From: Propioniciclava tarda | GTDB lineage: Bacteria > Actinomycetota > Actinomycetes > Propionibacteriales > Propionibacteriaceae | Direction of reading: 5' to 3' | Assembly: GCF_900182665.1 (NCBI RefSeq) | Contig: NZ_FXTL01000008.1 | Span: 23,664 to 87,663, forward strand | DNA: 64,000 nucleotides | Part shown: positions 21,058 through 31,399 of the stretch, piece by piece | How positions within the stretch are numbered: the stretch's first letter is position 1 | Layout of the letters: each line of letters begins with the position of its first letter | The notes under the pieces: model-generated | What the model was told of the DNA's origin: nothing | Seen by the model: only the letters and a program-made list of their open reading frames with translations | Database searches by the model: none | Program-made: the position numbers and the translations under genes

Positions 21058-21959
21058 CCGCTCCACTCGACGCGTCCGCCAAGGGCGTCGTGCACGCCGC
21101 CGGCGAGAAGCGCCGTCCCTGGCTGCCGTGGGCTGTCCAGGCGCTGCGGATCGCCCTGTGCCTGGTGTTCGGCCTGCCGCTGCTGTTCATGATCGTGTCC
21201 AGCTTCAAGCCCGACACGCAGATCTTCGGTGATCTGGGCTCAGCGTCCGCCTTCCTTCCGGTCGGCAGCCTCAGCCTCGACAACTACCAGGGCGTGTTCG
21301 AGCGGGTGCCGTTCGCGCGGTTCCTGATCAACTCGGTCATCATCTCCGTCGTCACCGTGGGTCTCGGTATCGTCGTCAACTCCATGGCCGCCTTCGCCCT
21401 GTCGCGGCTGAAGTTCCCTGGGCAGAAGCTCGTGCTGGGTGTCATTTTGGCCACGCTGATCGTGCCCTTCGAGACGATGGCGCTGCCGCTGCTGTGGTGG
21501 GTCAATCAACTGCCGTACTTCGACGGCTCGATCGGCTGGCTCGACACGTATGAGGTGCAGATCATCCCGTTCGTCGCGAACGCGTTCTCGATCTATCTCT
21601 TCTACCAGTACTTCGACTCCATCCCGAAGGAGCTGGACGAGGCTGCCACCGTCGACGGTGCCAGCTGGTTCCGGATCTACCGCAGCATCGTCATGCCGCT
21701 CGCCGGACCGGCCATCGCGACCGTCGCGATCTTGACATTCCTGCCGGCCTGGAACTCCTACCTGTGGCCGTTGATGGTGACCCAGTCAGAGAGCATCCGT
21801 CCGGCGATGGTCGGCATCGACTATTTCAAGCAGATGAATGTGTCGTGGGGGCAGATCATGGCCTACGCCAGCATCATTACGGTGCCGGTTCTCGTGCTCT
21901 TCGTCGCCTTCCAGCGGGCGTTCATCAACTCCATCGCCAGCTCCGGCGTGAAGGGATAG
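21054..21959 (+). CDS. Sugar ABC transporter permease (MalG/UgpE type)
   Basis: EAA motif DEAATVDGASWFRIYRSIVMP. ATGA overlap with the upstream permease. Confidence 0.9.
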   Translation: MTAPLDASAKGVVHAAGEKRRPWLPWAVQALRIALCLVFGLPLLFMIVSSFKPDTQIFGDLGSASAFLPVGSLSLDNYQGVFERVPFARFLINSVIISVVTVGLGIVVNSMAAFALSRLKFPGQKLVLGVILATLIVPFETMALPLLWWVNQLPYFDGSIGWLDTYEVQIIPFVANAFSIYLFYQYFDSIPKELDEAATVDGASWFRIYRSIVMPLAGPAIATVAILTFLPAWNSYLWPLMVTQSESIRPAMVGIDYFKQMNVSWGQIMAYASIITVPVLVLFVAFQRAFINSIASSGVKG

Positions 21960-21961
21960 CC

Positions 21962-22948
21962 GTGTTTGCTCTGCGTGATTCCTGGGTCTGGGACTTCTGG
22001 CCAGTCGACGACGGCCAGCGGTACCACCTGTTCTTCCTCCACGCCCCCAAGAGCCTGATCGACCCTGATGCCCGGCACTACAACGCTTCGATCGGGCACG
22101 CCGTCTCCGATGACTTGGTGTCGTGGGAGCGGCGTCCGGATGCCTTGGCCAAGGGCCTCCCGGGCGAGGCAGACGACCTCGCCACCTGGACGGGCTCGAT
22201 CGTCCGCTCCGACGAAGGCGTCTGGCATCTGTTCTACACGTCGGCGTCCCTGACCCCAGCCGGGAACGTGCAGACGATCTCGTGCGCGACCTCGTCCGAC
22301 CTGGAGACGTTCACCAAGCTGCCCGGACCACTCCTGCGCGCCGAACGACCCTACGAGCTCCTGGCGGACGGTGCCTGGCACGACGAGGCGTTCCGGGATC
22401 CCTGGGTGTTCCGGGACCCGGACGGCGACGGCTGGCACATGCTCATCACGGCCCGGACGCCATCGGGTCCGGCCTTCGATCGCGGGGTCGTCGGTCACGC
22501 CACGTCGCCGGATCTGCTCACCTGGACGCTGCGTCCCCCCTTGTCGGGACCCGGTCAGGGCTTCGGGCAGTTGGAGGTGATGGAGACCGTTCGCCTCGGC
22601 GACCGCCAGTTCTTGCTCTTCAACTGCCTGGCCGGCGATCGTCCCGCCGAGCGGCGGGCGGAGTCGACCGGCGGGACGTGGATCGCACCCGCGGCGTCCG
22701 AACTCGGCCCCTACGACATCTCCGGCGCCCAACTGCTGACCGATAACCGGTTCTACGTGACGCGTCCGATCACCGAGCGCGGCACGGGCCGCACCCTGAT
22801 GCTGGCGTTCCGCAACCTGGACGCCGACGGCACGTTCGTGGGCGAACTCACCGATCCGGTCGAGCTGGCGCTGGTGGACGGCCGCCCAGCCTTCGTGGGG
22901 CCGGGAGCCGAGGACTGGCAGCCGCGCGCGGCGGGATCAGAGAGGTAG
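21962..22948 (+). CDS. Intracellular beta-fructofuranosidase-like glycoside hydrolase, clan GH-J (GH32/GH68 type)
   Basis: Nucleophile motif WVWDFWPV (compare VWDSWPL of GH68 and WMNDPNG of GH32). RDP motif FRDPWVFRDPDGDGWH. No signal peptide. Last gene of the sugar ABC operon. Confidence 0.6.
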   Translation: MFALRDSWVWDFWPVDDGQRYHLFFLHAPKSLIDPDARHYNASIGHAVSDDLVSWERRPDALAKGLPGEADDLATWTGSIVRSDEGVWHLFYTSASLTPAGNVQTISCATSSDLETFTKLPGPLLRAERPYELLADGAWHDEAFRDPWVFRDPDGDGWHMLITARTPSGPAFDRGVVGHATSPDLLTWTLRPPLSGPGQGFGQLEVMETVRLGDRQFLLFNCLAGDRPAERRAESTGGTWIAPAASELGPYDISGAQLLTDNRFYVTRPITERGTGRTLMLAFRNLDADGTFVGELTDPVELALVDGRPAFVGPGAEDWQPRAAGSER

Positions 22949-23343
22949 CGAGTCGATGTCGCGCTGGATGACCTCACGGTCGTCCGGGTCCGCGATCGCG
23001 TCCAGGGAGGCGACGGCCTTGGCCTTCCAGTCGGACGCCGCCGCCCGGTCCCCGGCCACGCGCGCGCGATGTCGAACCAGGATGTGCGGTGGTCGGCGTC
23101 CGCGGACAGGTACGTCCGGATGTCGCCTAGTCCGAGCTGGAGGAAGCGCAGGTCCGCGACGAGGCGTCCTATCGCGACTTGGTCGCGGCCGTAGCGCCGG
23201 TAGCCAGGTGCAGCGTCGACGGCGGACGGCCGCAGCACCTCTTCGGCGTCGTAGTGCCGAAGCGCACCCATGGAGAGACCGCACAGCCGGGACATCATCC
23301 CGATGCTGAGTGGCTGATCCTCGTGCGGCACGACGGCAAGCAT
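22937..23343 (-). pseudogene. MerR-family transcriptional regulator interrupted by a +1 frameshift in a (GC)n run
   Basis: N-terminal frame has the MerR HTH (SIGMMSRLCGLSMGALRHYDAEEVLRP...). The C-terminal 40 aa (VAGDRAAASDWKAKAVASLDAIADPDDREVIQRDIDSLPL*) are in the +1 frame. The switch occurs at ...GACATCGCGCGCGCGTGGCC (about 23105-23120). Confidence 0.5.
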
Positions 23344-23365
23344 GGACTCTCCGGCAACGGCAGGG

Positions 23366-24187
23366 TCAAGCGAGCCCGGACTCGTCCCCGGCGGCCTTGC
23401 GGAAGAGAGACACCGTCACGGATACCTGCACTGTGTCCGCGGTCACGTCGTTCGGGACGCCGTGGAAGGCGTTCGGACCCATCGCGATCAAATCGCGCAC
23501 CTGCTCCGCGGACGCCTCAGCCCGATACTCGACGACCGCCCGCGCCGTGGGATCGAATAGGCCCAGGGCCGACCGGGCGAGGCGTTCGTCCTTGTCGGCC
23601 TCGATGCCGAGCAGCCCGTGCCGCTCGCGCAGTCCGCTCAGATGGGACGCCGTCGGCGTGACCACGACGAGAAGGCCACCCGGGATGAGGATTCTCGCGA
23701 ACTCCGGCACCGAGCGCGGCGCGAAGACGCACAGCACCGCCGAGAGGCGCCCCGACAGGAGCGGGAGGCGTCTCCAGACGTCGGCGACCACGGACGCCGC
23801 CCGCGCGTGAGCCTTCGCCGCTCGGCGCGCCGCGGGCACCGAGACGTCCAACGCGACGCCCCGACCACCCGAGGCGTCCAGCGCGCGGGCGAGGTAGAAG
23901 CCCGTCCCAGCGCCGACGTCCACGATCGTGGGCGACTGGGCGAGCCGACGCGCCACCTGCTCGGCGATCGGGTCGTAGAGCCCGGACGAGAGCACCCGGT
24001 CGCGGGCCGCGACCATCTCGGCCGTGTCGGCGTTGGCCGGCGGACGCGAGCCCAACAGGTTCACGTACCCCTGACGGGCGACGTCGAAGCGATGGGCGTT
24101 GGCGCAGGTCAGTGACGTGTCCGACTCGGTCAGGCCCGAACCGCAGACCGGGCACGCGAGGAGCCCGCGCGCGGCGTCCAGACTCAT
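23366..24187 (-). CDS. Class I SAM-dependent methyltransferase with N-terminal zinc ribbon (RlmA/RrmA-like rRNA guanine-N1 methyltransferase family)
   Basis: CPVCGSGL...CANAH Zn-finger. SAM motif VVDVGAGTGFY. ATGA overlap with the SURF1 gene stop. Confidence 0.7.
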   Translation of the reverse strand: MSLDAARGLLACPVCGSGLTESDTSLTCANAHRFDVARQGYVNLLGSRPPANADTAEMVAARDRVLSSGLYDPIAEQVARRLAQSPTIVDVGAGTGFYLARALDASGGRGVALDVSVPAARRAAKAHARAASVVADVWRRLPLLSGRLSAVLCVFAPRSVPEFARILIPGGLLVVVTPTASHLSGLRERHGLLGIEADKDERLARSALGLFDPTARAVVEYRAEASAEQVRDLIAMGPNAFHGVPNDVTADTVQVSVTVSLFRKAAGDESGLA

Positions 24188-24972
24188 GCTGACGGTTCGG
24201 ACGCCGACGCTGCGGCGCGCCTGGCGGCCTTCGCGGCCGCCTTCTTGCGGTCTCGGATGTCGTTGCGGATGAAGACGAAGAGTCCGACGATGGCGATGAT
24301 CGCGAACGACGCCCACTGCAGGGCGTACGACAGGTGCGGACCTTCGTCGAGCGGGGGAGTGGAGACCGGCTCGAAGCCGGTCTGCGGCGGGGTCACCTGC
24401 AGGGCGCCGATGTAGCCGTTGACGAGCGTCAGTCCGGACGCCGCGCCGATCGCGTCGCTGTTGATCAGGCGGACCGACCCCGACGCGGGGGTCGTCGCGT
24501 TGGCGGGACCCTGCTCGTTGCGCCGCACGTGCCCGACAACCGTGACCTGGCCGGGGGGCGGCGCGTCGACGGTGGTGGGGAAGTCCTGGCCCGCGGGACG
24601 CGTGACGAAGCCGCGGTCGATCAGGACGGTTCGTCCATCGGTCGCCTTCAGCGGCACCACGACCTCGTAGCCGGCCGCCTCGCCGTTATTCCGATACCGG
24701 ACGATCAGCTGCTGGTCGGCAAGGAAGGTGCCGGTGACGGTGACCCGCTGCCAGGCGTCCGCGTCGGTGATGGGGTGGTTGAAAACGGCCTCGTACGGCT
24801 GCACCGGCGCGCCCTCGTGGTTGACGACCGTGGTGTTCGTGCCGCGCCTCTCATCGAGGCGCCGTAGCTGCCACTGCGCCAGGTTGACGAAGGCGACGGT
24901 CAGCACGACCACGAGCGCCAGCAGCGCCAGCCAGCGCTTCCACGGGACGCCGGATGCCGGGGCTTCGCTCAC
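24184..24972 (-). CDS. SURF1-family protein (cytochrome oxidase assembly)
   Basis: N-terminal TM plus LAQWQLRRLDERR, typical of SURF1. C-terminal TM. Start taken at GTG (VSEAPAS...). Confidence 0.8.
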   Translation of the reverse strand: MSEAPASGVPWKRWLALLALVVVLTVAFVNLAQWQLRRLDERRGTNTTVVNHEGAPVQPYEAVFNHPITDADAWQRVTVTGTFLADQQLIVRYRNNGEAAGYEVVVPLKATDGRTVLIDRGFVTRPAGQDFPTTVDAPPPGQVTVVGHVRRNEQGPANATTPASGSVRLINSDAIGAASGLTLVNGYIGALQVTPPQTGFEPVSTPPLDEGPHLSYALQWASFAIIAIVGLFVFIRNDIRDRKKAAAKAARRAAASASEPSA

Positions 24973-25316
24973 CGCTCGTCTCCGTTCGGAAGCAGCACCG
25001 CGTCCTCGACGCCCCCCTGGACGACGACGCCCGTGGTCAGCGCCGGGACCGCGCCTGGGGCGTCCGCAACGGTCTCGACGGGGACGCGCATGTCGATCGC
25101 GTTCGCCAGGATGACCGCGATGCCCGGGATGATCGCGGCGCCCGCGATGAGCAGGATGTTGGCGGGGAAGGGCGTCAGGCACGCGGCGATGAAGCACACC
25201 ACCCGGACGGTCATCGACCACAAGTAGCGCTTCATGCGCTGGTCAGCGTCCAGGGACTTGCTGATCCGCGCGCTCGTGATCAGCGCGGGGATCGCACCCT
25301 TTCGTCCGTTCGCCAC
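24969..25316 (-). CDS. DUF3099-like small two-TM membrane protein
   Basis: 115 aa with two hydrophobic helices. GTGA overlap with the SURF1 gene. Conserved actinobacterial partner of SURF1. Confidence 0.55.
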   Translation of the reverse strand: MANGRKGAIPALITSARISKSLDADQRMKRYLWSMTVRVVCFIAACLTPFPANILLIAGAAIIPGIAVILANAIDMRVPVETVADAPGAVPALTTGVVVQGGVEDAVLLPNGDER

Positions 25317-25449
25317 CTTGTCAGCCTAGCCCGGCCTCGGGAGGTGGGCTGTGGACGTTTCGTCGTCGGCGTCCACGAGCGCGACACGGTGTCTCATCGA
25401 GGGTCAACCTCCGACGGGAGCGAGGGCTGGTTACGGTAGCGTAGGTTTC

Positions 25450-26169
25450 GTGACTGATTCGAACATCTCCCGCAGCGTGCTGGTGACCGGAGGCAACCGG
25501 GGCATCGGCAGGGCCATCGTCGAGCGCTTCCTGGCCGAGGGCCACAAGGTGTGCAGCGCGGACTTTGGGGGCGAGGCCCCCGCCGGCGCCCTGGGCGTCA
25601 ACTGCAACGTGACGGACGCCGCCCAGGTGGACGCCGCCTTCGCCGCCGCCGAGGCCGCCCACGGTCCGGTCGAGATCGTGATCGCGAACGCCGGCATCAC
25701 CAAGGACGGCCTGATCATGCGCATGACGGACGAGCAGTGGGACGCCGTCATCGACGTCAACCTCAAGGGCTGCTTCTACACGGCGCGCCGCGCGGTGAAG
25801 TCGATGATGCGCAACAAGTACGGACGCGTCGTCTTCATGGGCTCGGTTGTCGGCCTGTACGGCAACGCCGGACAGGTCAACTACAGCTCGACCAAGGCCG
25901 CCCTCATCGGCATGGCCCGCTCGCTGACCCGCGAGGTCGGCAAGCGCGGCATCACCTTCAACGTCGTCGCGCCCGGCTTCATCGAGACCGAGATGACCGC
26001 GGTGCTGCCGGCCGAGGTGACCGACGGCTTCAAGGCGCAGACCCCGGCCGGTCGCATGGGCTCCGTCGACGACATCGCCAACGCCGTCGCCTTCCTGACC
26101 TCCGACGGCGCGGGCTACATCAGCGGCGCCGTGATCCCGGTCGACGGCGGCCTCGGAATGGGGCACTGA
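25450..26169 (+). CDS. fabG1: 3-oxoacyl-[ACP] reductase, FabG1/MabA-like (SDR)
   Basis: GGNRGIGRA Rossmann motif. Catalytic YxxxK (NYSSTKAAL). Immediately upstream of the inhA homologue, as in mycobacterial mabA-inhA. Confidence 0.85.
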   Translation: MTDSNISRSVLVTGGNRGIGRAIVERFLAEGHKVCSADFGGEAPAGALGVNCNVTDAAQVDAAFAAAEAAHGPVEIVIANAGITKDGLIMRMTDEQWDAVIDVNLKGCFYTARRAVKSMMRNKYGRVVFMGSVVGLYGNAGQVNYSSTKAALIGMARSLTREVGKRGITFNVVAPGFIETEMTAVLPAEVTDGFKAQTPAGRMGSVDDIANAVAFLTSDGAGYISGAVIPVDGGLGMGH

Positions 26170-26261
26170 CCCCTTCGACAACCTCAGGGACCGACGACCT
26201 CAGGACCCACAAGTGCAGGGAACGACCACCTCAGCCCTCCAACAGCTCAGGAAGCGAAACC

Positions 26262-27035
26262 ATGGGAATTCTTGACGGCAAGACCATCCTCGTCGCCGGT
26301 GTGACGATGAACACGTCCATCGGCTACCGCGTGGCCGAGATCGCACAGGCCGAGGGCGCGCGCGTCATCGTGTCGAACCTGCCGCGTGCGGCGTCCCTGA
26401 CGCGACGCATCGTCAAGCGCCTGGAGCCGGTTCCGGAGGTCATCGATCTCGACGTCACGGACGCCGACGCGCTCGCCGGCCTGGCGGACGCCCTGCGCGC
26501 GCTGGGCGTCCATCACCTGGACGGCATCGTGCACTCGATCGCCTACGCCAACCCCGAGAAGGCGCTCGGCGGGGCGTTCCTGTCGACCGAGTGGGACGAC
26601 GTCGCGACGGCCGTCCACACCTCGGCCTTCTCGCTGAAGTCGCTCGTCGTGGCCGCTCAGCCGCTGCTCGCGCGGGGGGCGTCCGTCGTGGGGTTGACGT
26701 TCGACGCGCAGATCAGCTGGCCGAAGTACGACTGGATGGGCGTCGCCAAGTCGGCCCTGGAGTCGACCTCGCGCTACCTGGCCCGCTACCTCGGCCCGGA
26801 GGGCATCCGCTGCAACATCGTCGCGGCCGGGCCGATTCAGACGATCGCGAAGAAGGCCATCCCGGGCGCCGAGTCCTTCGACGACATCTGGGCCTCGCGC
26901 GCGCCGCTGGGCTGGGATCCGACCGATTCGGCGCCGACGGCCAAGGCCGTCGTGGCCCTGCTGTCGGACTGGTTCCCGGCGACGACCGGCGAGATGATCC
27001 ACGTCGACGGCGGCCTGCACTCCACGGGAGCCTGA
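26262..27035 (+). CDS. inhA: NADH-dependent enoyl-[ACP] reductase, InhA/FabI-like
   Basis: MGILDGKTILVAGV... SIAYAN... and the YDWMGVAKSALES catalytic region are characteristic of InhA. Confidence 0.9.
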   Translation: MGILDGKTILVAGVTMNTSIGYRVAEIAQAEGARVIVSNLPRAASLTRRIVKRLEPVPEVIDLDVTDADALAGLADALRALGVHHLDGIVHSIAYANPEKALGGAFLSTEWDDVATAVHTSAFSLKSLVVAAQPLLARGASVVGLTFDAQISWPKYDWMGVAKSALESTSRYLARYLGPEGIRCNIVAAGPIQTIAKKAIPGAESFDDIWASRAPLGWDPTDSAPTAKAVVALLSDWFPATTGEMIHVDGGLHSTGA

Positions 27036-27070
27036 TCCGGACGCCTCCGCGTTCAGCTCTTCGGAGTCCG

Positions 27071-27362
27071 GTGTCCGCACCGGCCACCTTCGAGGTGAAG
27101 CTGATCGTCGAGACGACGGACAAGGCCGACATCAGCTACGGCTGCGACGTTCTCGACTCCAACGCCTCGACGAGGACGGGCTGGCCCCGGATCGACACCG
27201 TCGACGGGTTCGACGTCGTCCAGCTGAAGGTGACCGTGAGTCCCCAAGCCGCCCCCCGGCGCCAAGGTGCGGTGCGTGATCGAGGTCGAGGGTGACGCCT
27301 GGTCCGAGGGTGAGGCCGTCGGCCCCGGCAGCAGCGCGACCTGCCTGGCGGTCAACCCCTGA
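27071..27362 (+). pseudogene. Small GC3-rich ORF (about 96 aa if corrected) interrupted by a +1 frameshift at a C6 homopolymer
   Basis: Frame A: VSAPATFEVKLIVETTDKADISYGCDVLD...LKVTVSPQAAP. Frame B after CCCCCC (about 27268-27273): GAKVRCVIEVEGDAWSEGEAVGPGSSATCLAVNP*. Both halves show high GC3. A GGAG RBS precedes the GTG at 27071. Confidence 0.35.
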
Positions 27363-27440
27363 GTCTGGCCGATCTCGACACGGTTGCGCCCAGCGGGGCC
27401 ATCGGGAGCCCGAGGCGTCCGACCTTGTAGGTTGGGGCCC

Positions 27441-28229
<789 letters not shown>

Positions 28230-28241
28230 GAGGGGTCCGCC

Positions 28242-28706
28242 ATGCTCGAGTGGCTCAGTGAGAACATGTGGGTCATCTGGCTCGTCCTGGCGGGCGGTCT
28301 GGCGGTCAGCGAGATGCTCACGCTCGACCTGACCCTGCTGATGCTGGCGAGCGGTGCGCTGGCCGGCGCCGGGGTCGCCCTGGTGTTCCCGGGCCTTCTC
28401 GTCGGGCAGATCGTCGTGGCCATCATGGTGGCGCTGCTCATGCTCTACGTCACGCGTCCGGCGCTGCTGAAGCGGCTGCACAACTCGCCTGGCTACCGCT
28501 CGTCGGCGTCCAAACTGCTCGGCAGTACAGGGCTCGCGGTCGGCGAGATCACCCCGGCGTCCGGCGAGGTGAAGATCTCCGGCGAGGTCTGGAGCGCCCG
28601 CTCCTACGACGGCTCCGCCATCGGCCCCGGCACCGAGGTCGAGGTGATGGAGGTGGACGGCGTCACGGCCGTCGTGTATCCCAAGCACCTCCCCCTGACG
28701 TCCTGA
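28242..28706 (+). CDS. NfeD-family membrane protein (OB-fold C-terminus)
   Basis: Three N-terminal TM helices. C-terminal NfeD-like beta domain (GEVKISGEVWSARSYDG...EVEVMEVDGVTAVV). Confidence 0.7.
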   Translation: MLEWLSENMWVIWLVLAGGLAVSEMLTLDLTLLMLASGALAGAGVALVFPGLLVGQIVVAIMVALLMLYVTRPALLKRLHNSPGYRSSASKLLGSTGLAVGEITPASGEVKISGEVWSARSYDGSAIGPGTEVEVMEVDGVTAVVYPKHLPLTS

Positions 28707-28825
28707 GCCCGGCGCGCCGGCGAGTTGAGCATTCCGTCGCTGACGACGAAGATGGACGCGTGTAGGGCTCCCCGCTGATCGATCCGGACGGTGGTGGGCC
28801 CTCAGCCCTTTGATGAGGAGAAACG

Positions 28826-31321
28826 ATGTCCGAGCCCCAAGCATCCGTCGCCTGGCAGCACCGTCCGGCTGACGCCCCCGAGATCATCTCCGACGACACC
28901 GCCCGGCTCATCGACGGCTGGTGGCGGGCGGCCAACTACCTCTCGGTGGGCCAGATCTACCTGCTGGACAACCCGCTGCTGCGGCGTCCGCTGACCCGCG
29001 ACGACGTGAAGCGGCGCCTCCTCGGCCACTGGGGGACGACGCCCGGCTTGAACTTCCTCTACGCCCACTTCAACCGGGCGATCATCGAGCGCAACCTGGA
29101 CGCGATCTACGTCGCCGGCCCCGGACACGGCGGACCCGGCCTCGTCGCGAACACCTACCTCGACGACACCTACACCGAGGTCTACCCGAACATCACCCGC
29201 GACGAAGCGGGGCTCGGCAAGCTGTTCAAGCAGTTCTCGTTCCCCGGGGGCATCCCCAGCCACGTCGCGCCCGAGACCCCCGGCTCGATCCATGAGGGTG
29301 GCGAGCTGGGGTATGCGCTGTCGCACGCGTACGGCTCGATCTTCAACAGCCCGGACCAGATCACGTTCGCGGTCGTCGGCGACGGCGAGGCCGAGACCGG
29401 ACCGCTGGCCACCTCCTGGCACTCGAACAAGTTCGTCAACCCCAAGCGCGACGGCGTCGTGCTGCCGGTGCTGCACCTCAACGGCTACAAGATCGCCAAC
29501 CCCACCGTGCTGGCCCGCATCGAGACCGACGAACTCGCCGACCTCATGCGCGGCTACGGGCACGAGCCGCTGTTCTTCAAGGTGGAGGCCGGAGACGATC
29601 ATCTCGAGGCCCACCAGCGCTTCGCCCGCGTCCTCGACGACGCCCTCGACATGATCGTCGCGATCAAGGCCAAGGCTGCGGCGTCCGATGAACTCGATCA
29701 GGAGCGTCCGCGCTGGCCCATGATCGTCTTCGACCACCCCAAGGGCTGGACCGGTCCGGCGTCCGTCGACGGCAAGCAGACCGAGGCGCACTGGCGAAGC
29801 CACCAGGTGCCGCTGGCCAACGCCCGTGACAGCGACGCGCACCTGAAGGTGCTGTCGGATTGGCTGACGTCCTATCGGGCAAACGAGCTCTTCGACGAGT
29901 ACGGGGCCTTCCGAGCCGAGTTCGACGCGCTGCGTCCCAAGGGCGCCAAGCGCATGTCGGCCAACCCGGTCGCCAACGGGGGCGTCCTGCTCAAGGACCT
30001 CGTGATGCCCGACTTCCGCGACTTCGCGGTCGAGCCGGACGCCGACGGTCACGGTGGTCCGATGGTCGAGTCCACGAAGCGGCTCGGGGAGTTTCTGCGG
30101 GAGGTGGCTCGGTTGAACCCCGACAACTTCCGGGTCTTCGGGCCGGACGAGACGGCGTCCAACCGCCTGCAGGCCGTCTTCGAGGAGACGCCCAAGCAGT
30201 GGATGGCCGCCTTCCTGGACGCCGACGCCGGCGATCCCATGGCGCAGGCCGGCCAGGTCATGGAGATGCTCAGCGAGCACCAGTGCCAGGGCTGGCTGGA
30301 GGGCTATCTGCTCACCGGACGCCACGGCATGATGAGCAGCTACGAGGCCTTCATCCACATCGTCGACTCGATGTTCAACCAGCACGCCAAATGGCTGGAG
30401 GTGACCAACCACATCGGCTGGCGGCGTCCGATCGCGTCGCTCAACTACCTGCTGTCGAGCCATGTCTGGCGCCAGGACCACAACGGCTTCAGCCACCAGG
30501 ACCCGGGCTTCCTCGACGTCGTGATGAACAAGTCGCCGGAGGTCGTCCGCGTCTACCTCCCGCCGGACGTCAACACGCTGCTGTCGACCTACGACCATTG
30601 CCTGCGCTCCAAGCAGTACGTGAACGTCGTCGTCGCGGGGAAGCAGCCCGAGCCGGTGTTCCTGAACATGGACGAGGCGATCGCGCACTGCACCCGTGGC
30701 CTCGGCATCTGGGAGTGGGCGGGCACCGAGGTGGACGGCCAGGACCCGGACGTCGTCCTGGGCTGCGCCGGCGACGTGCCGACGCTGGAGGTGCTGGCCG
30801 CCGCCGACATCCTGCGCCGCCGGATCCCCGAGTTGAAGGTGCGCGTCGTGAACGTCGTCGACCTCATGCGCCTGCAGGACGAGCGGGAGCACCCCCACGG
30901 CTTGTCCAGCCGCGAGTTCGACACCTACTTCACCACCGACAAGCCGATCATCTTCAACTTCCATGGCTACCCGTGGCTGATCCACCGGCTCGCCTACCGG
31001 CGCACCAACCACGCCAACTTGCACGTGCGCGGCTTCAAGGAGAAGGGCTCGACCACCACGCCCTTCGACATGTGCATGCGCAACGACATCGACCGCTACC
31101 ACCTGGTCATGGACGTCATCGATCGGGTGCCGGGGCTGGGTTCGCGGTTCGGCGTCCTGCGTCAGGAGATGATGGACGCCCGCATCCACGCCCGCGAGTA
31201 CGCCATGACGTGGGGCGAGGACCTGCCCGAGATCGCCTCCTGGGTCTGGCCGGACGCTGGCGACGCGGCGTCCGGACGCCAGGTGGCGGCAGCCCTGCAG
31301 ACCGGCGGCGACAACGTCTGA
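28826..31321 (+). CDS. xfp: Xylulose-5-phosphate/fructose-6-phosphate phosphoketolase
   Basis: 831 aa. XFP N-terminal signature ([20 protein letters not shown]...[11 protein letters not shown]), the EGGELGY motif and the TPP-binding region. Confidence 0.95.
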   Translation: MSEPQASVAWQHRPADAPEIISDDTARLIDGWWRAANYLSVGQIYLLDNPLLRRPLTRDDVKRRLLGHWGTTPGLNFLYAHFNRAIIERNLDAIYVAGPGHGGPGLVANTYLDDTYTEVYPNITRDEAGLGKLFKQFSFPGGIPSHVAPETPGSIHEGGELGYALSHAYGSIFNSPDQITFAVVGDGEAETGPLATSWHSNKFVNPKRDGVVLPVLHLNGYKIANPTVLARIETDELADLMRGYGHEPLFFKVEAGDDHLEAHQRFARVLDDALDMIVAIKAKAAASDELDQERPRWPMIVFDHPKGWTGPASVDGKQTEAHWRSHQVPLANARDSDAHLKVLSDWLTSYRANELFDEYGAFRAEFDALRPKGAKRMSANPVANGGVLLKDLVMPDFRDFAVEPDADGHGGPMVESTKRLGEFLREVARLNPDNFRVFGPDETASNRLQAVFEETPKQWMAAFLDADAGDPMAQAGQVMEMLSEHQCQGWLEGYLLTGRHGMMSSYEAFIHIVDSMFNQHAKWLEVTNHIGWRRPIASLNYLLSSHVWRQDHNGFSHQDPGFLDVVMNKSPEVVRVYLPPDVNTLLSTYDHCLRSKQYVNVVVAGKQPEPVFLNMDEAIAHCTRGLGIWEWAGTEVDGQDPDVVLGCAGDVPTLEVLAAADILRRRIPELKVRVVNVVDLMRLQDEREHPHGLSSREFDTYFTTDKPIIFNFHGYPWLIHRLAYRRTNHANLHVRGFKEKGSTTTPFDMCMRNDIDRYHLVMDVIDRVPGLGSRFGVLRQEMMDARIHAREYAMTWGEDLPEIASWVWPDAGDAASGRQVAAALQTGGDNV

Positions 31322-31340
31322 CGCCGACGCGACGTGCTGA

Positions 31341-31388
31341 CGACGGGGGGCTGGTGCCCCGGGCTATGGTGGACGTAGCCCCCCGTCG
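31341..31388. terminator. Terminator-like hairpin after xfp
   Basis: 12-bp perfect stem CGACGGGGGGCT ... AGCCCCCCGTCG with a 24-nt loop, followed by the RBS AAGGAG of the next gene. Confidence 0.4.
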
Positions 31389-31399
31389 AAGGAGTCGCA

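Noticed and set aside
25317-25449. Inverted repeat GTGGACG-N12-CGTCCAC in the DUF3099/fabG1 divergent region as operator
   Set aside because: GGACGCC/GGCGTCC-type words are extremely frequent throughout this genome (Ala-Ser codon pairs). Chance occurrence is likely.
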